Shown: positions 8,758-17,670 of the stretch, piece after piece
How positions within the stretch are numbered: the first letter of the stretch is position 1
Layout of the letters: every line of letters starts with the position of its first letter
Assembly (NCBI RefSeq): GCF_020860125.1
Contig: NZ_JAJBUX010000093.1
Location: 3 to 64,002, forward strand
Origin: Cloacibacillus sp.
GTDB lineage: Bacteria > Synergistota > Synergistia > Synergistales > Synergistaceae
DNA length: 64,000 nucleotides
Reading direction: 5' to 3'
Position numbers and translations under genes: made by a program
The notes under the pieces: generated by a model
The model's database searches: none
What the model saw: the letters and a program-made list of their open reading frames with translations, nothing else
What the model was told of the DNA's origin: nothing

Positions 8758-9037
8758 AGCAAAATGCACCGGGCAGGGCCGACGTATCAAAGAGAGTTGG
8801 ACGCGCGTATAAACGCCGATTTCCTGCTGGCGGGAAAGAGAGATAAATTGTGATTTAGCTTCCGTCCTTATAGCCTCCCTGGCCGCCTCTGAGAGGGAGC
8901 CAAAAACCTTTGATAAACTGCTATTTACATCCCACGAAGAAAACCGCTGTTTATCTTCTCTGTCCATTATTGTACGTTTGACCCCATGCCGGTATCCGCC
9001 AAACCTCTCACCGTTCTTTGTCAGCAATGTTCTTTTT

Positions 9038-9075
9038 TAAAGTAAAAGTTCGGAGAAAAAAACTCCTCTCCGAAC
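9038..9075 (-). terminator. Intrinsic terminator downstream of asd
   Basis: 9-bp stem GTTCGGAGA/TCTCCGAAC (9048-9056 / 9067-9075), followed on the minus strand by TTTTACTTT. Confidence 0.6.
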
Positions 9076-9113
9076 TCTCTGTTTGCTATGACTGAATTCT
9101 GCGGCGTGTAATT

Positions 9114-10118
9114 TTAAGCCAACTTCTCCGCGATCTGCACCGCGTTGAGCGCCGCGCCCTTTCTCAGGTTGTCTCCGACGACCCACATCGCGAGCGCGTT
9201 GTCGAGGCCGGTGTCGCGTCTGATGCGGCCGACGCAGACGTCGTCTTTGCCCGCCGTATCGACTAGCAGCGGGTATTCAGCATTTTTCGGATCGTCGCGC
9301 ACGACGACGCCGGGGGCTCTGCTCAGTATATCGCGCGCCTCGGCGGGGCTGAGAGGACGCTCAAACTGCGCCGTTACGCTTTCGCCGTGGCAGCGGAAGA
9401 TGGGAACGCGCACAGTGATGCCGCTGACGCGCAGATCGGGGATGTGCATGATCTTGCGCGATTCGTTGACCATCTTCCACTCCTCCTCGGAGATGCCTTC
9501 GTCGTCGAACGCCCCGATATGCGGCAGGAGGTTGAAGGCGATGCTGTGCGGATAGACGTCGTCCTTATATTCCTCGCCTTTGATCGCCGCCTTCGCGCCG
9601 TCGCGCAGCGACTCGATCGCCGCTTTGCCGGTACCGGCGACCGACTGATAGGTGCTGATGTTGATGTATTTAAGCCCCGCCGCCTGGTGGAGCGGATAGA
9701 GGACGACGACCGCCTGTATCGTCGAACAGTTAGGGTTAGCGATGATCCCCTTGTTCTTCGCCATTGAGACGTCGGCGGCGTTTATCTCGGGAACGATGAG
9801 CGGCACTTCGGGGTCCATGCGCCAGGCGGAGCTGTTGTCAATGACGACCGCGCCGCTCGCCGCGGCGACGGGGGCCCACTGCTTGGAGGTCTTGCCTCCC
9901 GCCGAAAAGAGCGCGATGTCTACGCCCTTGAACGAATCTTCGCCGACCGCCTGCACCGTTATCTCCTCACCGTTGAAGACGACCTTTTTGCCAGCAGAGC
10001 GCGGCGAGGCGAGCGGGACAAGCTCGGAGACGGGGAATTTACGCTGTTCCAGCGTGTAGAGCATTTCGCGCCCGACGAGCCCCGTCGCGCCGAGCACCGC
10101 CACTCTCTTGCCGCTCAT
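9114..10118 (-). CDS. asd: Aspartate-semialdehyde dehydrogenase
   Basis: 'VAVLGATGLVGREM', active-site 'NPNCSTIQ' and the family C-terminus. TAATG stop/start overlap with lysC. Confidence 0.92.
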   Translation of the reverse strand: MSGKRVAVLGATGLVGREMLYTLEQRKFPVSELVPLASPRSAGKKVVFNGEEITVQAVGEDSFKGVDIALFSAGGKTSKQWAPVAAASGAVVIDNSSAWRMDPEVPLIVPEINAADVSMAKNKGIIANPNCSTIQAVVVLYPLHQAAGLKYINISTYQSVAGTGKAAIESLRDGAKAAIKGEEYKDDVYPHSIAFNLLPHIGAFDDEGISEEEWKMVNESRKIMHIPDLRVSGITVRVPIFRCHGESVTAQFERPLSPAEARDILSRAPGVVVRDDPKNAEYPLLVDTAGKDDVCVGRIRRDTGLDNALAMWVVGDNLRKGAALNAVQIAEKLA

Positions 10119-11350
10119 TAGAAGGCCACCTCGTCGATGAAGTGGTCGTGCAGTTCGCGTACCGCGTCGTCCGCGCGTGAACTGCCGACGACGCAGGTGA
10201 TGGCCAACGCCGTGGAGGCGATCATCTCAATATTTATTCCCGCCTCGGCGAGGATGTTAAACATCTTCGAGGGAATCTCGGGGTGGTTCGCAATGCCCGC
10301 GCCGACGATGGAGACACGCGCGATCTCCGTATCAAAGGAGACGCCCTGCGCGTCTATCTCGCGGCAGAGTTCGCGGCAGACCTGGCTCGCAACCTCGAGG
10401 CTCGTCTTTTTGACGAGGAAGCCGATATCGTTGACGCCGCCGCGCATGTAGTTCTGGATGATCATCTCCGCGCCAACACCCTTTTCCGCGAGGTTCGCGA
10501 AGAGACGCGCCGCGATGCCGGGGATGTCGGGCACCCCGAGAAGCACCACCTTCGCTACCTTCATATCCTGTATGACTACCTTTATAATAAGTCCCTCTGT
10601 TACCGGATTGCTCATTACCCATGTACCCTCCTCTTCCACAAAGCTTGAACCGACATAAAGCGGTATTTCATAGCGCGCCGCCATCTCGACGCTGCGTGCC
10701 TGGAGCACCTTCGCACCCTGCACCGCCATCTCCATGCACTCGTCAAAGCCCAGCTGCGACAGCTTCTTGGGATTCTTCACGATGCGGGGATCGCCAGTCA
10801 TGATCCCGGTGACGTCCTTGAGCAGCTGGCAGGAGTCCGCGCCGAGCGAAGCCGCGAGCGCGACCGCCGAAAGGTCGGAGCCTCCGCGCCCGAGCGTGAT
10901 GACGTCGCCGTTGTCGGTGATCGCCTGAAAGCCGGTGATGACGGCGACGGAGCCCTCGTTGATCGTCTTTTCGATGGCGTCGGGCTCTATACGGTAGATA
11001 CGCCCCTCCATCGGGAAGCCCTTAGCCCTGATGCCGGCCTGGAGGGCGGTAAACGACTGCGCGGGGATTCCGTACTGTTTCAGCGCGAGCGCCAGCAGCG
11101 CCACGCTCTGCTGTTCGCCGGTGGCGAGCAGCTGGTCCATCTCGCGGCCGTCTTTTTCCGTCGCGACGTCGCTCGCGAGCGCCAACAGCTCATCAGTCAT
11201 GTTTCCCATCGCCGAGACGACGACGGCGACGCGGAAACCCTTATCGCGGATCTTTTTTACGATCTGCGCGACATGCCTCATCCTCTCGGAATCGGCGACC
11301 GACGAACCGCCGAATTTAAGCACTGTGAGCGGTAATTTTTCCCATTCCAT
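10118..11350 (-). CDS. lysC: Aspartate kinase
   Basis: 'VLKFGGSSV', 'GRGGSD' and C-terminal ACT repeats. ATG 11350 follows GGGGGG plus a 6-nt spacer and overlaps the thrB stop (TAATG); the track start at 11359 is a GTG. Confidence 0.92.
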   Translation of the reverse strand: MEWEKLPLTVLKFGGSSVADSERMRHVAQIVKKIRDKGFRVAVVVSAMGNMTDELLALASDVATEKDGREMDQLLATGEQQSVALLALALKQYGIPAQSFTALQAGIRAKGFPMEGRIYRIEPDAIEKTINEGSVAVITGFQAITDNGDVITLGRGGSDLSAVALAASLGADSCQLLKDVTGIMTGDPRIVKNPKKLSQLGFDECMEMAVQGAKVLQARSVEMAARYEIPLYVGSSFVEEEGTWVMSNPVTEGLIIKVVIQDMKVAKVVLLGVPDIPGIAARLFANLAEKGVGAEMIIQNYMRGGVNDIGFLVKKTSLEVASQVCRELCREIDAQGVSFDTEIARVSIVGAGIANHPEIPSKMFNILAEAGINIEMIASTALAITCVVGSSRADDAVRELHDHFIDEVAF

Positions 11351-12378
11351 TATCTGCACCCCCCGGCTTTGTCCGCGGTACCCGGTTCACATGAGCAAAC
11401 GTCGGTATTTCCTTTAGGGGACAAACCTGCGGCGGCTGCCAGAGCCTCCGCAAGCTCCATGCTGACGTCGACGCGCGCGCCCTGGGCGCTTCCGTCAAGG
11501 ACGAAGAACTGCGAACGCACGCCGTATTCGGTGAAGGTGCGGCACATCGCCTCCGCGACGCGCTGGGTCGTTCCCTTGACGAGCGCGATGACGCTGGGGC
11601 CGGAACCGCTGATCGCAACGCTGAGGCATTCGGGCAGCGCCTCGACGCGCGAGAAGATAACCTCGCCGCCCGAGAAAAGTTTACTGCGGTAGGGCTGATG
11701 GAGCTTGTCGTCCATCCCCCATTTAAGATAGTCCCACTTGCCGGTGGCCCAGGCCGCCGTGAGCAGCGCCGCGCGCCCGACGTTGAAGACCGCGTCTCCG
11801 AAGGGGACCTCTTTGGGCAGCGCCTTGCGCGCATCCGAGGTTTTGACGCGTTCGTCGGGAACTGCGACGACGCATAACACCTCCGGCGGCAGCGCCGGCA
11901 GGTTGACGTAGCGCAGATCCTGTCCGTCCCAGCAGCTCACGACCATGCCGCCAAGATAGCAGGGGGCGACGTTGTCGGGATGGCCCTCGACGACGGTCAT
12001 CGCGCGCAGCAGCTCGTCCTCGTCGGCCTCGTAGCCGGTGAGGTATTTGGCGATGAGCACGCCCGCGACGACGGCGCCCGCCGAACTTCCTAAGCCGCGG
12101 CAGAGCGGGATGATGTTGTGACACCAGAGCGAGAAGCCCGGCCCCTTCACCTTCCAGCGTTCGCATGTATCCTCATAGGCTTTGACGACGAGGTTCGCCT
12201 TCGGCGAAGACAGCTCACGGCTGCCCTCGCCATGCGCCTCGACCTCGTATTCACCCGCGGGGCGCAGCTCTATGACCTTAAATATATTGTAGAGGGAGAC
12301 CGCCATCCCGATCGCGTCGAAGCCGGAACCGAGGTTCGCGCTGGTGGCGGGCACCCGTAATGTTATGAGAGGGTTCAC
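11350..12378 (-). CDS. thrB: Homoserine kinase
   Basis: GHMP kinase motifs 'VPATSANLGSGFD' and 'IPLCRGLGSSAGAVVAG'. GTG start overlaps the thrC stop (GTGA). About 35 aa of extra C-terminal tail. Confidence 0.9.
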   Translation of the reverse strand: MNPLITLRVPATSANLGSGFDAIGMAVSLYNIFKVIELRPAGEYEVEAHGEGSRELSSPKANLVVKAYEDTCERWKVKGPGFSLWCHNIIPLCRGLGSSAGAVVAGVLIAKYLTGYEADEDELLRAMTVVEGHPDNVAPCYLGGMVVSCWDGQDLRYVNLPALPPEVLCVVAVPDERVKTSDARKALPKEVPFGDAVFNVGRAALLTAAWATGKWDYLKWGMDDKLHQPYRSKLFSGGEVIFSRVEALPECLSVAISGSGPSVIALVKGTTQRVAEAMCRTFTEYGVRSQFFVLDGSAQGARVDVSMELAEALAAAAGLSPKGNTDVCSCEPGTADKAGGCR

Positions 12379-13415
12379 CTCTTCATCACCTCCAGAAGTT
12401 CTTCAAGGCTGTCGCCTATCTCTATCGGACGTCCAACCTGCGACATCGCGGTGTCTGGATCTTTGAGGCCGTTGCCGGTGAGAATCATCACCACGGTGAT
12501 GCCCTGCGGCAGCCGCCCCTCCTTCTTGAGCTTCACAAGCCCCGCGAGCGGGGCGCAGGAGGCCGGCTCGGCGAATACGCCCCCCTTTGAAGAGAGCAGC
12601 AACTGGGCGGCAAGTATCTCTTCGTCGGTAACGGAGTTGAATTCGCCCGCCGACTGCGTGACAGCCTCCTTCGCGAGGTGGGCGCTGACGGGGTTGCCGA
12701 TACGGATCGCCGTCGCCACCGTCTCGGGATTCGGGCAGGGTTCGCCCGTCACGAGCGGCGCCGCCCCCGCCGCCTGGAAGCCCATCATGCGCGGCAGTTT
12801 ATCTATCTTTCCCAATTCCTGATACTGTCGGTAACCGGCCCAGTAGGCGCTGATATTTCCCGCGTTGCCGACGGGGATCGCGTGCCAGTCGGGGGCCCTG
12901 CCGAGCGATTCGCAGATCTCCCAGGCTCCGCTTCGCTGACCCCAGAGACGATAGGGGTTCACAGAGTTGACGATCGCGTAGCCCTCCTTTTCGGCGGCCT
13001 CGCGCGCCATCTCCAGCGCGTGGTCAAAGTTGCCGTTGACGGCGATAACCGTGGCCCCGTACATTAGGGCCTGCGCGAGCTTTCCGAGCGCGACCTTTCC
13101 CGCCGGAAGCAGGACGAAGCATGGCACGTTCGCGGCGGCGGCATAGGCCGCGGCGGAGGCGGAGGTGTTTCCCGTGGAGGCGCATACAAGGGCCTTCGCG
13201 CCGCCCTCAAGGGCCTTCGCAACGGCCATGACCATACCTCGGTCTTTGAATGAACCGGAGGGGTTGCAGCCCTCAAGTTTTGCCCAAAGCTCTATACCAA
13301 GCAGTTTGCTGATATTGTCAAGACGAACAAGCGGCGTCGAACCTTCGCCCAGCGTCAGCTTCGGCGTCTTTTCAGTCACCGGCAGCAGCTCCGAATATCT
13401 TTCAATTACTCCCAT
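12375..13415 (-). CDS. thrC: Threonine synthase
   Basis: PLP-lysine region 'NPSGSFKDRG' with the ThrC fold pattern. Start set to ATG 13415 (MGVIERY), preceded by AAAGGAGG. The longer track ORF (to 13592) would read through the T-box terminator. Confidence 0.9.
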   Translation of the reverse strand: MGVIERYSELLPVTEKTPKLTLGEGSTPLVRLDNISKLLGIELWAKLEGCNPSGSFKDRGMVMAVAKALEGGAKALVCASTGNTSASAAAYAAAANVPCFVLLPAGKVALGKLAQALMYGATVIAVNGNFDHALEMAREAAEKEGYAIVNSVNPYRLWGQRSGAWEICESLGRAPDWHAIPVGNAGNISAYWAGYRQYQELGKIDKLPRMMGFQAAGAAPLVTGEPCPNPETVATAIRIGNPVSAHLAKEAVTQSAGEFNSVTDEEILAAQLLLSSKGGVFAEPASCAPLAGLVKLKKEGRLPQGITVVMILTGNGLKDPDTAMSQVGRPIEIGDSLEELLEVMKR

Positions 13416-13450
13416 GATGTTTCCTCCTTTTATGCACTTCGCGCAAGTAT

Positions 13451-13702
13451 AAAAATTGCCGCCTCCGTACCGGCAGTACAGGAGGCGGCATAATAAACGG
13501 CGTCGCGGTTCCACTCCATTCGGCCGCGCAAGGACGGCCCTCGTCTGCGCTGTACAGGGCGCACCCTGACGCCTTATCGGCACTGACACCACTTCGGCAT
13601 CCGCTCAGGGGTGGTCTTCGAATCCATACCGGCAAAGATCTTTCAGCAATTCGATCTTCTCTCTGTGGAGGTGATGAACTTTACTATCCCCATCATCGCA
13701 TC
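13451..13702 (-). promoter_or_regulatory. T-box riboswitch leader (probable Thr/ACC specifier) with intrinsic terminator
   Basis: On the minus strand: the Stem I base K-turn 'UGCGAUGA...UGAGC', 'AGUA', an AG bulge 'AGAGA' and a distal loop 'GCUGAAAG'. The specifier context is 'GAAG-ACC-A-CCCC' (ACC = 13615-13613). The T-box sequence is 'AAUGGAGUGGAACCGCG' (13520-13504). The terminator stem is GCCGCCUCC...GGAGGCGGC (13491-13458), followed by AAUUUUU. Confidence 0.85.
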
Positions 13703-13727
13703 GTGATTATTAAGTTCGTTGGTGGAA

Positions 13728-13756
13728 TTTATACTACTCATTAAGCAAATTGTCAA
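13728..13756 (-). promoter_or_regulatory. sigma70 promoter of the thrC operon (TTGACA-17 nt-TATAAA)
   Basis: Minus-strand TTGACA (13756-13751), 17-nt spacer, TATAAA (13733-13728), about 25 nt upstream of the start of T-box Stem I. Confidence 0.65.
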
Positions 13757-13770
13757 GCATATTTTTATGT

Positions 13771-13799
13771 TTGATATTTTTCCCGCTTTCTGTTAGAAT
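13771..13799 (+). promoter_or_regulatory. sigma70 promoter of greA (TTGATA-17 nt-TAGAAT with extended TG)
   Basis: TTGATA 13771-13776, 17-nt spacer ending in TGT, TAGAAT 13794-13799. Divergent from the thrC promoter. Confidence 0.6.
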
Positions 13800-13841
13800 T
13801 TACAAGAATTTAGAGACACTTCTTATTTAGGTGGGATATCA

Positions 13842-14330
13842 ATGGCTAAAGCGGCAGACGATAAAGTGGTAATGACTCGGGACGGCTATGAAAAGCTGAA
13901 AGCGGAACTCGTTTCCCTCCGCGGTGACGGACGTGCGGAGATAGCCGCAAAACTCGAAGAGGCGCGCACTTTCGGCGATCTCAGCGAAAACGCGGAATAC
14001 CACGCGGCAAAGGAAGAGCAGGAAAAGCTTGAGAACCGCGTGCTCCAGCTGGAGTACCAGCTCAGCAAGGCGCAGATAGTGGAGACCGCGGATATCGACA
14101 CCAGCATCGTCAGCCTAGGCACTACGGTGACGCTCGCGGACCTCGATCTCAAAAAGACCTTCGTATATACGCTAGTGGGCACAGAAGAGGCGGACATTAA
14201 GGATAACCGCATCTCCGCGGCAAGCCCCGTCGGCAAGGCCGTGATGGGCAAACGCGCCGACGATGAGGTGATGGTTAGGACCCCCCGCGGCATCCGCCAT
14301 CTCAAGGTCGTCAAGATTCAGCTGAAGTAG
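13842..14330 (+). CDS. greA: Transcription elongation factor GreA
   Basis: 'ARTFGDLSENAEYHAAKEEQ' coiled-coil tip with the conserved acidic residues, and 'ISAASPVGKAVMGKR'. Confidence 0.92.
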   Translation: MAKAADDKVVMTRDGYEKLKAELVSLRGDGRAEIAAKLEEARTFGDLSENAEYHAAKEEQEKLENRVLQLEYQLSKAQIVETADIDTSIVSLGTTVTLADLDLKKTFVYTLVGTEEADIKDNRISAASPVGKAVMGKRADDEVMVRTPRGIRHLKVVKIQLK

Positions 14331-14350
14331 CGTTCCGAAAGAGAAAGACC

Positions 14351-14390
14351 AAGAGCCTGCGCGATAATTTCACGCAGGCTCTTTTCTCGT
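14351..14390. terminator. Terminator between convergent greA and ddl
   Basis: 11-bp stem AAGAGCCTGCG/CGCAGGCTCTT (14351-14361 / 14373-14383), followed by TTCTCGTTT on the plus strand. Confidence 0.7.
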
Positions 14391-14414
14391 TTCAGGAATA
14401 TTTTCTGATTCTCC

Positions 14415-15353
14415 TTATCCCCGGTCGATAGCGAATGAAAATCGGCTCACTTCGTCAAGAAACTCGCCGAAAGACAGGCCGTAGGCCTTCGCCGACTTCG
14501 GCACAAGGCTCGTCGCGGTCATTCCAGGCGCGGTATTGACCTCAAGAACGTAGAGGTCACCCTCCGGCGTGACGCGGAAATCAACACGGCTGTACGAACG
14601 GCAGCCAAGCGACCTGTGCGCTATCACGGCGAGGGCCGCCAACCTGTCGTTGGTCTCCGCCGAAAGGTCGGAGGGGCAGATATACTCCGTACAACCGGAA
14701 GTATATTTATTTTTGTAGTCATAGAAGCCGCTCCTCGGTTTGATGTGTATCGCAGGCAGCGCGAATATCCCTCCGCCGAGACTCTCCATCACCGGCACCG
14801 TAGCCTCTTCACCCTCGATGAACTCCTCGACGAGCGCCTTCGGCTCCGACTGCCAGGCAAGTTCCAGCGCCGCGCCGTATCCGGCGATATCGGAGAGGAT
14901 GGTTACGCCGACGGTGCTTCCGCCGCCGTTCGGCTTCACGATTATCTTACCGTATCTGCGAAGATATTCCTCCGCCTGTCCGCGCCCCTCTTCCCCGCGC
15001 GTGGCGATGAAGCCGCTGGGTACCTGCAGGCCGGCGTTGGCAAAGATGAGCTTCGCGGCCGTCTTGTCCATCGAGAGCATACATGCCTCCGGACCGGAAC
15101 CGGTATATGGGATGCCGAAGGCCTCCAGGACCGCCTGTATCCTTCCGTCCTCGCCCCAGCCGCCGTGGAGGGCGATAAAGACGCCGTCAGCCTTATAGCC
15201 GGGCCAGTTTTTGACAAATTCGCTTATGGAGGTGATATCGCAGAGTTCGGCCTCGTAACCGAAATCCGCAAGCGCTTTGGCGACAGCCGCCCCCGAGTTC
15301 AGCGAAACCTCGCGCTCCGGGCTCACGCCGCCGCACAATACGACTGCTTTCAT
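14415..15353 (-). CDS. ddl: D-alanine--D-alanine ligase
   Basis: 'VVLCGGVSPEREVSL', 'FIALHGGWGEDGRIQ', ATP-grasp 'VKPNGGGSTVGV' and 'LEVNTAPGMT'. Confidence 0.92.
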   Translation of the reverse strand: MKAVVLCGGVSPEREVSLNSGAAVAKALADFGYEAELCDITSISEFVKNWPGYKADGVFIALHGGWGEDGRIQAVLEAFGIPYTGSGPEACMLSMDKTAAKLIFANAGLQVPSGFIATRGEEGRGQAEEYLRRYGKIIVKPNGGGSTVGVTILSDIAGYGAALELAWQSEPKALVEEFIEGEEATVPVMESLGGGIFALPAIHIKPRSGFYDYKNKYTSGCTEYICPSDLSAETNDRLAALAVIAHRSLGCRSYSRVDFRVTPEGDLYVLEVNTAPGMTATSLVPKSAKAYGLSFGEFLDEVSRFSFAIDRG

Positions 15354-15383
15354 GATCGTTGCTGCTTCCTCTCACTGTAAATT

Positions 15384-17156
15384 TTAAAAATCTTCCTTTA
15401 CGCTCTCGTTGCTGTCCGAACCAAACTCAAGCTTATATTCCGGATAGGCGTTGATATAGAAGGTTAGGCCAAACTCTGTCTTATTTTTCTCATCTGATTT
15501 ATTGTCGCGGTACCATATCTGCCACGTTATACAGTGCTTATCGTAGGTGAGGGTGTAACGAACAGACGATATCTTGTCGGCCTGCAGGTCATAGTTGCCG
15601 CTGACGGCAAAATTCCACTTTTCCCACGAGGCGCCCAGCGGCAGAGGAAAGGAAATGCTCTGGCTGAATGACTCGCTGTCAGAATAATTGTCCCACAGCA
15701 TCGGGCTTCCTCCGTCCGCCCAGCGGCGGTAGTAGGTGCTCGCGAGGCTGAAGTCGCCGATCTTATAGCTGAAACCGAACCAGGCGTTGGTGACATCCTG
15801 CGTCCTGTCCTTATCATAATAGTCGTAGCGCGTATATCTCGCGCCGTAGAAAGGTTTGAATATCCACAGGGACCACTTCGGCTGCCCCTGGTATTCCGCT
15901 CCGTAGGCAAGGCGATCCGTCCACTCGCCGTCTTTGGAGAAGTTGTCGCTGTATTTTCCCAAAATGCCGAAGATACGGAACTGCCCGCCGGAGACCCCGT
16001 CTTTGAACCAGGGGGTATGCAGATAAAATTCAGGCTTGCGCCAGACGTCGTAGTCGACTGAGACGTCCGGTTCTATCTCGTTACCGACAAGGTCGCGCTC
16101 GGCCCACCAAAGTCTCGCTAGCCAGCCGTTTTTCTCATACAGCAGCCCCCACGCCGGACGCCAGAGGGTATCGTCCGTATCTTCATTGTAAAGATGCTTC
16201 GCTGAGGCAAAGAGGGACAACGAGTCCATTATCTCATAGTTGTAATTGAATCTTGCCTCCCAGATACCCTTGCTCCAGTAGAGGCCGGCGACGTCAAGCT
16301 CTCCTATGTCCCCCATATCGATGGGACCTTTTATACCGAAGCCCATACCCTTATTAGAACTGTAGCGGATTATCGGCATCAGGGCGTCGCGGTTTCTCTT
16401 GCTGTTTGCGATATAGTCGAAGGGATAGGCCATGATCAGCGTCTTGCCGATATAAAATTTCGGCTTTTTGATGACCGTGCGCTTACCAGGATAGACGACC
16501 ACCTTTTTAGAGACAAGACGATAGTGCGGATTTGTGAAATCGCAGGTGGTCGATGTCACGCCGAGCCATTCGGCGACGTCCTCGGATTCGCTCTGCTTCT
16601 TCTTTTTTCTCGGCGCACGCACAATGCCAAGCTTGACGGCATCCTCTATCGGCATAAGCCGCACGGTACCGCCCTGCATGTACATCGCCTCGGACTTGCC
16701 CGAAACCTGAGTCAGCACGCCGCGGCGCGTCTCCATATTGTATTTTAGATGTTTGCCGGTAAACCTATCGCCGCCGGACATGATTACGACGTTCTCACGG
16801 TGGTCGGAGTAGGCGTCCACTATATTTGTATCGGCGTCGTATTCGGCGTAGGGGGCGAAGAGGCGCACCTCTTTGTTTCTTACCTTAACGTTGCCCTCCG
16901 CCGTCGCGAGGCCGGTCTTTTCACTGTAGCTGATCTCATCCGCGTCAAGGAATACCTCGTTGGGCGGCTGTTTCGGCGTATCGTCCGCGCCCTCGGACGG
17001 TATGTACATCGGGGCCGGTTCGCCCTTGTCGTCGGCAAATGAGGGCGCCGCCTGCGTAAAAAAAATTGCCGCGCAGAAAAGGGCGACAAATAATCCCCTT
17101 CCGCCCCTCGTCAGCGATCGCTCCATGTTATAGTCCCTCCGTCTGTAAGCCGGCAC
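15384..17156 (-). CDS. lptD: LptD/OstA-like outer-membrane LPS-assembly protein
   Basis: Signal peptide. N-terminal OstA-like repeat pattern 'ADEISYSEKTGLATAEGNVKVRNKEVRLFAPYAEYDADTNIV'. Aromatic-rich beta-barrel-like C-terminal part ending in Phe. Start may be ATG 17126. Confidence 0.6.
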   Translation of the reverse strand: MPAYRRRDYNMERSLTRGGRGLFVALFCAAIFFTQAAPSFADDKGEPAPMYIPSEGADDTPKQPPNEVFLDADEISYSEKTGLATAEGNVKVRNKEVRLFAPYAEYDADTNIVDAYSDHRENVVIMSGGDRFTGKHLKYNMETRRGVLTQVSGKSEAMYMQGGTVRLMPIEDAVKLGIVRAPRKKKKQSESEDVAEWLGVTSTTCDFTNPHYRLVSKKVVVYPGKRTVIKKPKFYIGKTLIMAYPFDYIANSKRNRDALMPIIRYSSNKGMGFGIKGPIDMGDIGELDVAGLYWSKGIWEARFNYNYEIMDSLSLFASAKHLYNEDTDDTLWRPAWGLLYEKNGWLARLWWAERDLVGNEIEPDVSVDYDVWRKPEFYLHTPWFKDGVSGGQFRIFGILGKYSDNFSKDGEWTDRLAYGAEYQGQPKWSLWIFKPFYGARYTRYDYYDKDRTQDVTNAWFGFSYKIGDFSLASTYYRRWADGGSPMLWDNYSDSESFSQSISFPLPLGASWEKWNFAVSGNYDLQADKISSVRYTLTYDKHCITWQIWYRDNKSDEKNKTEFGLTFYINAYPEYKLEFGSDSNESVKEDF

Positions 17157-17656
17157 TCGCCGCTTTTTGTATCATAGTATCCCTTTTTGCCGTCTATCAC
17201 CATGCGTCCGTCTGTGAGCCTCACTCCGTCGTCGAAGTGCCACTTTTCGGCCGACGCCTCATATTTGACATTGCCCGACTTGAGGTTATATTCCTTGGCT
17301 GCCTCTTTCATCACGCCGTCGGCGCTGGTAAGCGATAGATCGTTGTTTTCGCGGGTAAAGGTCCCGTTGTCGGCGTAAATGTGCGTCACCTTGCCGGTTG
17401 GGTCCGTGATCGTCACGTCCATGGAGCTTCCGTAGACGATACCGTCTTTGTGTTCAACGCGCGGCGAGACCAGTTTCCATTTTTTTCCGCTGATCATCCG
17501 CTCAATTTCTATATTCTCCACCACCAGATCGGGGATCGGTATCTTGTTCATGGCGCTGAGATGGAGGTCGCGCCAAAGATAAAATGCCCCGACGGCGATC
17601 ATGAGGATCACCGTCAGGACGGTAAATTTCTTGCGGGATATTTTTCCTTTTAGCAC
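17111..17656 (-). CDS. LptC-like membrane-anchored periplasmic protein (OstA fold)
   Basis: Single N-terminal TM, then a beta-rich pattern like LptC/LptA ('IYADNGTFTRENNDLSLTSADGV...VRLTDGRMVIDGKKGYYDTKSG'). Overlaps the lptD-like gene. Confidence 0.5.
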   Translation of the reverse strand: MLKGKISRKKFTVLTVILMIAVGAFYLWRDLHLSAMNKIPIPDLVVENIEIERMISGKKWKLVSPRVEHKDGIVYGSSMDVTITDPTGKVTHIYADNGTFTRENNDLSLTSADGVMKEAAKEYNLKSGNVKYEASAEKWHFDDGVRLTDGRMVIDGKKGYYDTKSGECRLTDGGTITWSDR

Positions 17657-17670
17657 AATCTAACCCTTCT

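Noticed and set aside
8701-9027. 108-aa minus-strand ORF between asd and nif3
   Set aside because: No SD before any in-frame start. It would run through the predicted nif3 promoter, and its sequence has no family resemblance. The region is kept only as an unexplained interval in the findings.
13416-13592. N-terminal extension of the thrC ORF in the track (start at 13592)
   Set aside because: The extension would translate the T-box terminator and antiterminator region. The conserved ThrC N-terminus begins at ATG 13415, which has a canonical AAAGGAGG SD.
13613-13625. 'TTCGAATCC' T-loop-like string, suggesting a tRNA on the plus strand
   Set aside because: The flanking bases cannot form a T-stem (TGGTC versus CCATA), and no acceptor or anticodon arms are present. 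The string is simply the complement of the T-box specifier-loop region.
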